From Fervidicoccaceae archaeon (GTDB lineage: Archaea > Thermoproteota > Thermoprotei_A > Sulfolobales > Fervidicoccaceae): DNA of 64,000 nt. This document shows positions 48,145-57,898 of this stretch, in pieces. The stretch is from assembly GCA_038734945.1 (NCBI GenBank), contig JAVYOA010000001.1, positions 1 to 64,000 of the forward strand. The letters are read 5' to 3'. Under the pieces are notes generated by a model that saw only the letters and a list, made by a program, of their open reading frames with translations, did not search any database and had not been told where the DNA came from. Every line of letters begins with the position of its first letter. Position 1 is the stretch's first letter. The position numbers and the translations under genes were made by a program.

Positions 48145-50547
48145 GCCAACCTTTCTGAATATTAGGACCTTTAGAGGATCGATGCCTAATGTGAATGCTG
48201 CCGAATAGATAAGGGAAAAGAGGGAGGCTGTCAGTGGAATTGGCTTGACGATCAACCCGAGGGTTCCAAGGGCAAGAAAGGCAGCTATGACCCCTATGAT
48301 GGAAATTGATAGTTCCCTTCCCGGCCTTGTTCTCCAGAACCACCTTCTCTCCCTCACAATTAGGACTCTGAATTGGCTGGTGAAGACCATTACCAGCAAA
48401 ATGAATGTCTGCATCTCATGCTGACCGAAGGCAAATAGCCTAAGTCCCAGGTATATGGCTATGAGAGCTTCAAAGAGAAGAGCTATTCCAATTATTGAGG
48501 AAGATATCATTAGATTTCTTATGCTCCATTTGTTTGGACTGAGTGAGGGTTCTGCATTGTCTGTAGCCAATGACATTGTGGCAAAATCATTGGCAAAAAT
48601 CAGGAGGGCCATTCCCATTAGAGTAAGGACATCGTAGCGCAGCCACATCAGGCCAAGTACCAGCAGTAATGTAAACTGAATTACCTTTGCAACCTTGTTC
48701 AATATCCATGTGAGCGCTCTCTGATATACTTCCCTGCTCTGAATTATAGCATCCACTATTCCCTTGAGTCCAGGAGTCAGAAGAACTATGCCTGCTGAAG
48801 CCTTAGCAACATCTGTGGCATTGCTCACCGCTATTCCAAGCTCGGCCTGCCTGAGGGCAGGAGCATCGTTTACTCCATCTCCCGTCATTCCTACCATGTG
48901 CCCTCTATTCTGAAGCCCCTTCACAATTGAATATTTATCTTCTGGATAGACCTCTGCAATGAAGTCCACCATCTCTATTGTTTGAGCAAATTTCTCCTGA
49001 TCGTAGGACTTTATTTGCGATAGGGATGCTCCCTTGTCCCCTATTCCTACTTTCGCTGAGACCTCCTTCGCTATGAGGAAGCTGTCACCCGTCAGCATCT
49101 TGGGCTTTATGTATATTTCCTTGAGCTTTCTTATCAGTTCTGCTGAGTCTGGCCTTGGGGGGTCTGAAAGTCCTATTGCTCCTACTATCTTCATTTCTCC
49201 TCCTTCTTCTCCATATGAAACTAGAAGAGTCCTCAGACCCCTTGTAGCAAGATCCTCAATAATTTTTTCCAAATTTTGAGATGCCTCCTTGCATAGATTC
49301 TTTATTATCTGGGGTGCACCTTTTGAGACGCGGATTCTCTTCCCATCAAGTTCCACTATTCCCTCAGATCTCTTGAGGGAAGGATCGAAAGGAGTAAAAG
49401 ATAGCTGTTTTCCCCTTGGCACAATCCCTAGCTCCTTGGCCTTCCTTGCTATTGCAGCATCTATTGGATCTCCAGTTTCTGTACTGCTTGCATATAGGGC
49501 AAGCTCCAGGAGCTCCTTCTTATCAATGGAACCCAGGGGGATCAGCTCTGTTACTTCTATGGATCCCATTGTAATTGTACCAGTTTTATCTAGGCAAAGC
49601 ACATCCACCGAGGCCGCATCCTCAACTGCATCAAGCTTAGCAACGAGAACGCCCTTCTGTGCCAGCTCTCTTGCTCCTGCTGCCTGCATAATTGTCAGAA
49701 CTGCGGGGAGAGCTACTGGGACACAGCCCATTAGGATAGTTACATCGAATGCTATTATTGAGATAAGTTCGTTCTTTAGTCCTGTAAGATAAGTGAATAT
49801 GCTGGCTACTATCATAACTGCAATGCCCAAATACATTGAATATTTAGTTATTGAGAGCATTATCTCCTGCTGATGTGACTTTGGTCTCGCTATTCTGACG
49901 AGTTCAACGGTCTTTCCAAAATAGGTGTTCTTTCCAGTATTAACAACTAAGCACTTTGCCTTTCCTCTCCTCACAACAGAACCTGAAAATATGACGTCTC
50001 CGGAAGAGAGATCCACCGGAAGGCTTTCCCCTGTTAGAATGGATTGGTCCACTGAAATGCTTCCTTCAAGGATTTTGCAGTCCGCTGGAACTACGTCTCC
50101 AAGCTCTACTATTACTATGTCTCCTGGAACGAGAAATTTTGCCTCAATATTTTTCAGTCTTCCCGATCTTATAACTTTGGCCCTCAGTGCTAGCTTTGAC
50201 TTCAGTGTTTCAAGGACCTTCTTGCTCGAGTGCTGATGTGCAAAGCCAACAATGGAATTTATTACGAGTAGAGCTGCTATTATGACAGCTTCAATCGTAT
50301 GCCCTATTATAAGAGAAAGGGCTATGGCAATTTCAAGCAACCATGGCATTGGACCCCAGAATCTCCTGAGAAATTCGAGCATTGGATTTTCCTTCTTTTC
50401 CTCAACAGCATTGAGCCCATAGTGCTTCAATCTTTCCTCGGCCTCTGAATCGCTGAGACCTTCAGCATTTGTGCTCAAAAGCTTCATGGCATCTTCAGCA
50501 GAGATTTTCTCGAAGTCCTTTGTAGAAGTTTGCTTGGTGCTGCTCAT
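48127..50547 (-). CDS. Plasma-membrane proton-efflux P-type ATPase (P3A)
   Basis: FWGPMPWLLE, TGES, VPVALP, DKTGT, DPID, KGAPQ, TGDGVNDAP, and ANDF with the TM6 Asp. Confidence 0.9.
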   Translation of the reverse strand: MSSTKQTSTKDFEKISAEDAMKLLSTNAEGLSDSEAEERLKHYGLNAVEEKKENPMLEFLRRFWGPMPWLLEIAIALSLIIGHTIEAVIIAALLVINSIVGFAHQHSSKKVLETLKSKLALRAKVIRSGRLKNIEAKFLVPGDIVIVELGDVVPADCKILEGSISVDQSILTGESLPVDLSSGDVIFSGSVVRRGKAKCLVVNTGKNTYFGKTVELVRIARPKSHQQEIMLSITKYSMYLGIAVMIVASIFTYLTGLKNELISIIAFDVTILMGCVPVALPAVLTIMQAAGARELAQKGVLVAKLDAVEDAASVDVLCLDKTGTITMGSIEVTELIPLGSIDKKELLELALYASSTETGDPIDAAIARKAKELGIVPRGKQLSFTPFDPSLKRSEGIVELDGKRIRVSKGAPQIIKNLCKEASQNLEKIIEDLATRGLRTLLVSYGEEGGEMKIVGAIGLSDPPRPDSAELIRKLKEIYIKPKMLTGDSFLIAKEVSAKVGIGDKGASLSQIKSYDQEKFAQTIEMVDFIAEVYPEDKYSIVKGLQNRGHMVGMTGDGVNDAPALRQAELGIAVSNATDVAKASAGIVLLTPGLKGIVDAIIQSREVYQRALTWILNKVAKVIQFTLLLVLGLMWLRYDVLTLMGMALLIFANDFATMSLATDNAEPSLSPNKWSIRNLMISSSIIGIALLFEALIAIYLGLRLFAFGQHEMQTFILLVMVFTSQFRVLIVRERRWFWRTRPGRELSISIIGVIAAFLALGTLGLIVKPIPLTASLFSLIYSAAFTLGIDPLKVLIFRKVGLAAEK

Positions 50548-50703
50548 TGTACAATCACTTCACAGCTTCCTCGCACATTATAGCGTAGCAAATTTAGCTA
50601 TAAAAAGCATTTTTCGCTCTTAATAATTTTATGAGATTGTAGCATCTTTTAAAATGTCGCACTAAGCTTTCCACTGGAGAGATTGCTTCCAGAGGTCGTA
50701 GGA

Positions 50704-51444
50704 TCACTTTTTTGCTTCGAGAATAAAGACCGCTCCCCCTAGCATGTAGTAGCACTTTGCCTTTCCAAATATTTTTTGAAAAAGAAATTTGATTGCTGGA
50801 GTGCTCATGAATCTTGTATATGTTCTTCTGAGCTCAATGTATCTGGTTATCCCTCTCCACCCCATCAGCACAGCTCCAGCTATGGCAGGAAGAAAGAGCA
50901 TGTAAGGCCCTTCCAATATTTTGGAATAGATCCTTTTCCTCAGAGGCTTGCCAAGGTCGAGTATTAGGACAGCTGCTCCCTCTCTCGCCACTCTCCAAGC
51001 CTCTTTAGCTGCTCTGAAGTAGTTGATGGCATCCCTGAACGAAAATGAGAACGTTATGGTGGAAATGCTTCCATCCCTGAACGGAAGGGCTTCGAAGACT
51101 CCCCTAACAAGCTCTATCCCCTGCCTGTTGCCGTGCCTTCTTAAGGCTTCTTCAAGCATGCTCGTGAGGGGATCCAGGCCAATGATGTAGGATTCTTCTC
51201 CGAGGGATTCCAACAGAGCTTTTATTGAGCTTCCAGGACCACAACCAGCATCCAGAACAGGAAATTTAGTCCTCGTTGAGAGCTTTCTCACATTAATCTT
51301 GAATATTTCCCTAACATAGACAACGCTGCCAATGCTCATTATCAAGTTTGCTAAATCATAGATTTGAGGAATATCGCTTAGAACCTTTACTATTCTCGAC
51401 CAGTAGCTGAGAGATACTTGCTTATCGCTGGGAGATGAGGCCAA
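50704..51444 (-). CDS. UbiE/MenG-like class I SAM methyltransferase
   Basis: YDLANLIMS, LDAGCGPG, LPFRD, FSFRD, LDLGKP. Confidence 0.78.
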   Translation of the reverse strand: MASSPSDKQVSLSYWSRIVKVLSDIPQIYDLANLIMSIGSVVYVREIFKINVRKLSTRTKFPVLDAGCGPGSSIKALLESLGEESYIIGLDPLTSMLEEALRRHGNRQGIELVRGVFEALPFRDGSISTITFSFSFRDAINYFRAAKEAWRVAREGAAVLILDLGKPLRKRIYSKILEGPYMLFLPAIAGAVLMGWRGITRYIELRRTYTRFMSTPAIKFLFQKIFGKAKCYYMLGGAVFILEAKK

Positions 51445-51446
51445 AT

Positions 51447-52880
51447 TTACTTCCTCATTATGTATTTTGTTTCAAGGCCACTGTCCTGCAGCTCGATGCC
51501 CATTTCTCCCAGAGAGCTCCTAATTCTATCAGAAAGCTCGTACAGCCCTCTCTCTCTCAAGCTTCTTCTAACGGCTATTAAGAGCTCAATCATTTGCTTC
51601 AGCCTCTCATCTTCCCTAGCGAGAGATGCTTCTTCTGGTACAAAGTCGAAGACCAGATTGGCCTCATGAAGGAAGCTGAATAGCTGTGCTGCTATTGCTG
51701 GATTCCAGCTTCTCTTCAATATTGAAAAGTAAATATCGGTTGCCCTCCTCGCGCTTTTTAATGCAGCGGCCGTGTTGAAGTCGTCGCTCATTGCCTCATG
51801 AAATTCCCTGTGAAGGTATTCTATCTCCCTTATGACCTTTATCTCATCGTCTTCCAATCGGAAATTCTGGGAGAAATCCCTGAGTGAGGCTCTCAATTCT
51901 CTATATGCTGTTGCCAGCCTCTGCTGGTTTGCCTCGTGTTGCTGAAGCGATTCCTCGTTGAATTCAAGTTGGCTCCTGTAGTGAGAGCTGAGGACCCAGA
52001 TTCTTATAACTTCGGGGCTCCAGCGCTTTAGAACTTCATCTATGTATATCATGTTTCCCAGGCTCTTGCTCATCTTCTCCCCCCTTATGGTGAGCATGCC
52101 AGCATGCATCCAATATCTAACCCACGGTCTAATTCCAAACAGAGCCTCAGACTGCGCCCTTTCGTTTTCATGATGGGGAAAGATTAGATCCCCTCCTCCT
52201 GCATGTATGTCTATGGGGACCCCAAGATACCTAGAAGACATAACACTGCACTCTATGTGCCATCCAGGCCTCCCTTCCCCCCAGGGGCTGCTCCAATGGG
52301 GCTCTCCCTCCTTCATTCTCTTCCAGAGAGCAAAGTCGAATGGATTTCTCTTTTCCCTGAGCGTCTCTTCCTCCTGTCTCCAGCTCTCCATGCTCCTCCT
52401 ACCTGATAGCTCTCCGTAGTATGGGTATTTACTCACATCGAAATATACGCTCCCATTTGATTCATATGCGTAACCAAGCTCAATGAGTTTCTGAATTGCG
52501 GAGATAATCTCCTCTATATGATGGGTTACCCTGGGAGAAAGAGTGGGATATATTTTCAGCTTGCTGAGAGCTTCAAGATATGCTTTTATGTTCTCCTCCG
52601 CAACTTCTTCCCATTTCTTCCCAGTCTCCTGTGCTTTTTTTATTATCTTATCATCTATGTCGGTTATGTTCTGTATATGGACTACGTGATATCCCCTGAG
52701 CATGAGGTACCTCTTGACGGCATCGAAAGCTATATATGTCCTAGCATGCCCGAGGTGAGATCTGTCGTATACTGTTGGACCGCAGACATACATTCTCACT
52801 ATTCCAGGCACAGCTGTCTGGAATGACTCGGTTCTTCTAGATGCTGTGTTGTATACTCTCAGCTCTGGCAGACTGCTCAT
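51447..52880 (-). CDS. cysS: Cysteine--tRNA ligase
   Basis: CGPTVY, HLGH, DFALWK, GRPGWHIECS, FPHHENE, KMSKS. Confidence 0.97.
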   Translation of the reverse strand: MSSLPELRVYNTASRRTESFQTAVPGIVRMYVCGPTVYDRSHLGHARTYIAFDAVKRYLMLRGYHVVHIQNITDIDDKIIKKAQETGKKWEEVAEENIKAYLEALSKLKIYPTLSPRVTHHIEEIISAIQKLIELGYAYESNGSVYFDVSKYPYYGELSGRRSMESWRQEEETLREKRNPFDFALWKRMKEGEPHWSSPWGEGRPGWHIECSVMSSRYLGVPIDIHAGGGDLIFPHHENERAQSEALFGIRPWVRYWMHAGMLTIRGEKMSKSLGNMIYIDEVLKRWSPEVIRIWVLSSHYRSQLEFNEESLQQHEANQQRLATAYRELRASLRDFSQNFRLEDDEIKVIREIEYLHREFHEAMSDDFNTAAALKSARRATDIYFSILKRSWNPAIAAQLFSFLHEANLVFDFVPEEASLAREDERLKQMIELLIAVRRSLRERGLYELSDRIRSSLGEMGIELQDSGLETKYIMRK

Positions 52881-52917
52881 CTTACTGACCTCAGCAAAAA
52901 TATTGGAAAGAGGATTA

Positions 52918-55518
52918 TTATCGTTTCATCTTGATTGCTATGAGCGCTCCAAATATAATTGTGATTAGGGCAGCTATGGGGAGAGGCACAGATATAGGGA
53001 TGCTGACGCTGCAGGAAGAAACCGAAGGATCATCCAATGTGAGGATCTGTTCGCGACTCATGAATGAAATGCTCTCATTTGTTGAGCTTCCACAGGTAAG
53101 TGTTGAAAGTGTTAGCACGTTGGGCAATCCAAGCAAGGATGTTTGTATAGCTGCTCTAGCCCTAAAGACCCCCCTCCCCTCGATGGGATTGTTTAGAGTA
53201 GCATTTGAAAGCACATTGCCCTGAGAGGTTGAGATATAGAGAAGCTGAAATGATAGAGAATATGCATAAATTCCACTATTTCCATGAACTGTGGATGCGA
53301 GAGATGAAAGGTTCAAGGAAGTTCCCTCAGGAAGCCAAGCTGTGTAGTTTCCGTTGAGAAGCTGTATATTAACGAGAAACTCCCTTTCATATTTGAGAAG
53401 CACATCGACTGGAGAGTTAACAGTGAAGTTTAAGTCCAGGGCTGTTCCATTTGGCAAGAAAGCTCCAACTAGAACGAGCCTCGTATTATTATTAAAAGCT
53501 ATTATCTTGCTTGAAAGCAAGTTGAGGTTTTCTCCTGGCTCTATCCATACATCGCTCTCATTGAACGGGCTAATGATTTTCACCAAGTATTCTGTAACAT
53601 ATATAGCCTCAAGCCTTCCAGGAGAGCTAAGGCTGAAGGTCTGCGGATTGATATAGGTTCCGTTGAACTTGAGGGAAGAAAGCACCAGAGAAGTTCTGTT
53701 TCCAAGATCTATCCTTTCTGGTATAAGCGAGAGGAAATCCCTTCCCTCTCTTATCCATATATTCTTTTCTCCATTATAGGTGAGAAGATCCACAAGATAT
53801 TCTTTTCCATAAACTAATGTCAGGTTAATTGGGCCGGAAATTGAATAGCTGCTGAAGTCTATTTTATTGCTATCTATGAAAGCTGAAATAAGAACCATTC
53901 TCTCGCTCTGCGATAGATATATTGTTGTGTTTATTAGATTCATCAGAGGGGTTCCATCGATTGCCCAAATCGAGCTGTTTCCTAATGGGGAACTTACTCT
54001 CACCAGGTATTCTCTAGTATAATTGATGAAGACGACAGTTCCCATGGGGACCGTGCTTCCGTTTACCTCCCTCCCGTCCACATAGGCTCTTGGTAGGATT
54101 AGCCTTGTTCCGTTGCCCAAATCGATCTCCTTAAGATATTGAGATATGTCGTTGCTTTCCTGCATGAAAACTCCATAGGGAGTCACTACTATTACGGAGC
54201 TCGACCAGAGCTGGTAAGCTTCTGCATTTCCAGGAAGCACAGCTGCTGAGTGGGGGAAAATAGCTATGGAGTTTGCTCTAGCTCTCTCATAGGTAGCAGT
54301 TCCAATGCTCCAGGCCGCTAGAGGAGGGATCCAACTTCCAGAAAGATTGTAGTACAGAGAGAGCTCAATGCTTCCTCCACTGAGAACAGCTATTGGCTCT
54401 TCCGCTGAATATCCAGCAAATACGAGTTCCAGATCCAGAGGAGTGCCGTACGAAGTCTTTATAGAAGGATCAATGTAGATTTCTGCTCTATTGGCAGGAG
54501 CATAGGGCTCTATGAGCACAGAGTCGTAGACTTTTCCATCCAGAATGAAGTTCACAATAATGCTAGAACCTTTAAGAGCAGTGGAAATTGTTAAATCATG
54601 GGTTCCAAATGCTATGGTGCCTTCCTTCCCATAGGCATAGTACTGCTCTCCTCCTCCCCAATACCAATATGTTCCTCCATTTCCAACAATTCTTCCCTGA
54701 GAAAATTGGGATGGGGCTGATGTGGCATTCCATATATTGTCGATATATCCTAGCATTGAACCATAGCTGCTTTTCCAATTGAGGCAGTTCTGAAGCCAAT
54801 ATATCTGCCTTTTTCCATCAGCCAGATCGACAACGAGGAATGCATTGAGCTGAATGGAGAAGCCGGGAAAAGCCGCTGTGCCATTTGCATAATAGGAAAT
54901 GGAAGATGGGGGATTGGTTATGTTCACAATGCCTCGCACCGAATTTGTTCTAATCGAATAGAAGAATGCTTCACCGGAGAGGGAGGTAACGCCATAATCA
55001 ACCACTCCAACAGGTGCTATGCTTCCAAGCTGAGAGATTGTTGCCTTTATATTGCCATTTATCCAGGCTGCTACAGCAGGAGATCCGCAGAGCTCAACAG
55101 AGATGTAGCCGTAGTAATCAGCTGGATAGCTTCCAGGATTGTATATGCCTATCTCCAGAATTGCTGGTGTAGAAATGTTTGCAGTGAAAGTTAGGCTCAG
55201 ATTGCTTGAAGCGCTACTTCTATATATCTCTTTTCCAGTTATGCTATCCTTGATAACTAGTTCCAATGGTTGCGTCGAAAATATAGATGAGAAGATGGAA
55301 ATGCCTATGCTTCCGGGAGCAGATATGTTTTCAGAGTAGTAAACTTCATAGTTGGGGGCTATGCTTCCGAGCCTCTCATGCGAATAGGTGAAGTTGAGAG
55401 TTTCCATGTAGCATTGAAATGCATGCAGAGTTTCCCCCTGTGCCAGTGCTATTTTCCCCGATAGCAGGAGAAGAGTTACCAGCCACAACAGCGCTCCAGC
55501 AGTTAGATACCTGTTCAT
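52918..55518 (-). CDS. Thermopsin-family (peptidase A5) membrane-anchored surface protein with C-terminal repeats
   Basis: Signal peptide, APVGVVDYG, SIQLN, YWLQN, DNIWN, DLELVFAG; many N-x-S/T sequons; C-terminal TM helix. Confidence 0.8.
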   Translation of the reverse strand: MNRYLTAGALLWLVTLLLLSGKIALAQGETLHAFQCYMETLNFTYSHERLGSIAPNYEVYYSENISAPGSIGISIFSSIFSTQPLELVIKDSITGKEIYRSSASSNLSLTFTANISTPAILEIGIYNPGSYPADYYGYISVELCGSPAVAAWINGNIKATISQLGSIAPVGVVDYGVTSLSGEAFFYSIRTNSVRGIVNITNPPSSISYYANGTAAFPGFSIQLNAFLVVDLADGKRQIYWLQNCLNWKSSYGSMLGYIDNIWNATSAPSQFSQGRIVGNGGTYWYWGGGEQYYAYGKEGTIAFGTHDLTISTALKGSSIIVNFILDGKVYDSVLIEPYAPANRAEIYIDPSIKTSYGTPLDLELVFAGYSAEEPIAVLSGGSIELSLYYNLSGSWIPPLAAWSIGTATYERARANSIAIFPHSAAVLPGNAEAYQLWSSSVIVVTPYGVFMQESNDISQYLKEIDLGNGTRLILPRAYVDGREVNGSTVPMGTVVFINYTREYLVRVSSPLGNSSIWAIDGTPLMNLINTTIYLSQSERMVLISAFIDSNKIDFSSYSISGPINLTLVYGKEYLVDLLTYNGEKNIWIREGRDFLSLIPERIDLGNRTSLVLSSLKFNGTYINPQTFSLSSPGRLEAIYVTEYLVKIISPFNESDVWIEPGENLNLLSSKIIAFNNNTRLVLVGAFLPNGTALDLNFTVNSPVDVLLKYEREFLVNIQLLNGNYTAWLPEGTSLNLSSLASTVHGNSGIYAYSLSFQLLYISTSQGNVLSNATLNNPIEGRGVFRARAAIQTSLLGLPNVLTLSTLTCGSSTNESISFMSREQILTLDDPSVSSCSVSIPISVPLPIAALITIIFGALIAIKMKR

Positions 55519-55542
55519 GATTGGGATCCTCACTTTAGAAAA

Positions 55543-56793
55543 TCAGATCTTCTTCAACAGCTCTCCCAGCTTCCTCGCATATTCTTTTAGATTGAGCTCC
55601 TTTACCCTCTCCACAGATGCCCTTGAAAGCCTTCTCCACTCCCCCTCATTGTTCATGAGCCTGAGAACAGCATCTGCTGCCTCATCCCCATCCACATATC
55701 CAAGGGCATTTCTCCCATCCTCAGCCAGATCGCTCCATGCACCTCCAGATCTGTGAATCACTGCTGGAATTCCCCTGGCCATTGCCTCTGCAACAGCAAT
55801 TCCCCAGTGCTCGTTTACTGTTGCATGCATGAATACCCTGGATCTGTCCATGATTTTAAGCTTGAGCTCGCTTGGAGCATTGAGCAAGAGGCATATGCTC
55901 TCACTGCATTCTTCCTTTTCAGAGATCTTGATCCCCATGCTCCCAGCTAGCTTCATCAGCCTACTCACATATGCTCTGGAATGGGGGGTGGAGGAGGACC
56001 CAATTATGTATAGCCTTATCTCAGGATCCTCCCTGAGGAGCCTCGGCAATACCTCCTCTATGACCCAGTGATACCTCTTCTCCTCGCTGTACCTCCCAAT
56101 CATGACCACGCTCTTCTCCCTCTCCTCAAAGTCCCTTGGCCTCTCAACTATCTCCATCGATGGCGGGATTGGGGGGTTCAATACAGTGGGCTTCTCCCCA
56201 TACACCTCCCTCACAATGTTTCCAGTCCAAGAAGAGTTTGTTAGAACGAGATTTGAAGCATCAAATGGATTTATACCTGTGAACTGCGGAAGAATCTTCT
56301 TGTATACCCACCAGTACAGATTCATCGGAAACCTACCGTACCTTTCGAGAATGTACGGATCGTTTCCATAGAAATACCCCTTCTTTCTGTAATCCTCGTT
56401 AACGGCTGCCTCAAGAGGAAAATGAATGTACTCTATGGTCTCTATTCCCCTCTCTCTGAGCTCTTTCAATGCTCTTCGTGACGTAGCCTCATCGGAAAAT
56501 ACTATCTCTGCATTGAATTTCTCAGCTGCTCTTTTCCCCACATTGCCTACGAAGAGCCTTAAGTAAATTCCAAATGCCTTCAAGTCTATTGGATAGCTAT
56601 ATGTTTCAAAGTCTTCCAGGGAAATGCCGTACCATTGGGGATACTTGCTAACATCTATTTTCATGGGTGAGGCGAGGACGGGATCAAATCCCATAGCTTT
56701 CAGAGCGATTGCCGTGGATGAGCATACAAGCTCTCCTCCTCCTGGCTCGTTCCAGTAGTGATGAAGAACTACAGCTTTAGCCATCTCAATCAA
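55543..56793 (-). CDS. GT4 glycosyltransferase, ALG11-like
   Basis: GGGELV, YIHFP, NSSWT, NPP, RYSEEK, NEHWGIAVAEAMARG, HRSGG. Confidence 0.85.
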   Translation of the reverse strand: MIEMAKAVVLHHYWNEPGGGELVCSSTAIALKAMGFDPVLASPMKIDVSKYPQWYGISLEDFETYSYPIDLKAFGIYLRLFVGNVGKRAAEKFNAEIVFSDEATSRRALKELRERGIETIEYIHFPLEAAVNEDYRKKGYFYGNDPYILERYGRFPMNLYWWVYKKILPQFTGINPFDASNLVLTNSSWTGNIVREVYGEKPTVLNPPIPPSMEIVERPRDFEEREKSVVMIGRYSEEKRYHWVIEEVLPRLLREDPEIRLYIIGSSSTPHSRAYVSRLMKLAGSMGIKISEKEECSESICLLLNAPSELKLKIMDRSRVFMHATVNEHWGIAVAEAMARGIPAVIHRSGGAWSDLAEDGRNALGYVDGDEAADAVLRLMNNEGEWRRLSRASVERVKELNLKEYARKLGELLKKI

Positions 56794-56858
56794 CTACAGA
56801 GAATTATTGAATAACTGCTAAAAACGTTTTTTTACTAAGCAGAATTTCCCTTTTTCTT

Positions 56859-57746
56859 CTATGAGAACTCCATGCTCATTCCAACGTGGATCTGCTTGAA
56901 CTTTGTCCCAAAGCTCCTCAAGAGCTCACAGCTGGCTCTCAATCCAGTACAGTGACCTGCGCAAATGGCATCGATATCAAGCTTAGAGAGATGGCTTACT
57001 GTTCTGATTATCCTCTCATCCGATGCCTCTGCTAGATGAAGGCCTCCTATGATGAACTTTATTTTCGTCTCACCGGTTAGAGCTCTTGCTTTTTCCAGGA
57101 TGTTTATTATGCCTGAATGCCCGCACCCGGTAACTATTCCAATGCCACTTCTGAACTTTATGACAAGAGCTATGTCATCGGATATGATGTCGCGCTCCAG
57201 CACTCCATCCTTTCCAACAAACATATAGGGCTCCTCTACTTTCTCAAAATCATTCCTTCTCTCGATTTCTCCAGTTGTCAGAATGCCTGGGGCTATCTCT
57301 ACAGGATCTCTGGATAGAATGGGATAGCCTCCCAATCTCTTCAACTCGCCTATTTCTGAAAATGACAAAATTCCAACAGGACGGATGAACGGCTCACTGA
57401 TGAAGGATGTCTTGAGGGCAAGGGGATGCATTACGATGGGTATTTGCTTTCCTTCAGCTTTTTCGAGCACCTTCAGAAGCCCTCCTGTATGATCCCAGTG
57501 TCCATGTGTTATAACAATTGCATCAATGCTCTTTGGATCTATCTCGAGCATTTTCATGTTGAACAAAAGGGCCTCCCCGTTCCATCCAGTATCCACAAGA
57601 ATCCTTCTCTTCTCCTCCCCCCAAGATGCCTCCAGAAAATATGAAGCGCCGTGCTGAGCGAGAAGTTTCCCTCTGAATCCTACCTGATTGTCCGCCAGGA
57701 CTCTTATTCTTATTCTATCTACAAATTTATCCTTCATCATTGTCAA
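56859..57746 (-). CDS. MBL-fold metallo-hydrolase (MJ0301/DHPS-like family)
   Basis: QHG, DTG, THGHWDHTGG, DD, GCGHSG, GGLHL, HCTG. Confidence 0.82.
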   Translation of the reverse strand: MTMMKDKFVDRIRIRVLADNQVGFRGKLLAQHGASYFLEASWGEEKRRILVDTGWNGEALLFNMKMLEIDPKSIDAIVITHGHWDHTGGLLKVLEKAEGKQIPIVMHPLALKTSFISEPFIRPVGILSFSEIGELKRLGGYPILSRDPVEIAPGILTTGEIERRNDFEKVEEPYMFVGKDGVLERDIISDDIALVIKFRSGIGIVTGCGHSGIINILEKARALTGETKIKFIIGGLHLAEASDERIIRTVSHLSKLDIDAICAGHCTGLRASCELLRSFGTKFKQIHVGMSMEFS

Positions 57747-57898
57747 CTCCCTATTTTTAATATGTAGGGGGTTTCCTATTAATCCGTTGCTTTGCTTCTT
57801 TATCTAGTTATTTATTATTTGAAAAATATATGTTAATATATATAATTTAGAACAATTTATAGAAAGATATATAAACTTTCCACTAAATTTGTAGATTA

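Noticed and set aside
50668..50695. ORB-like elements (CTCCAGTGGAAA on the minus strand, TTCCAGAGG on the plus strand) suggesting a replication origin
   Set aside because: No G-string, only one good copy, a short intergenic region, and no orc1/cdc6 or whiP gene in the window.
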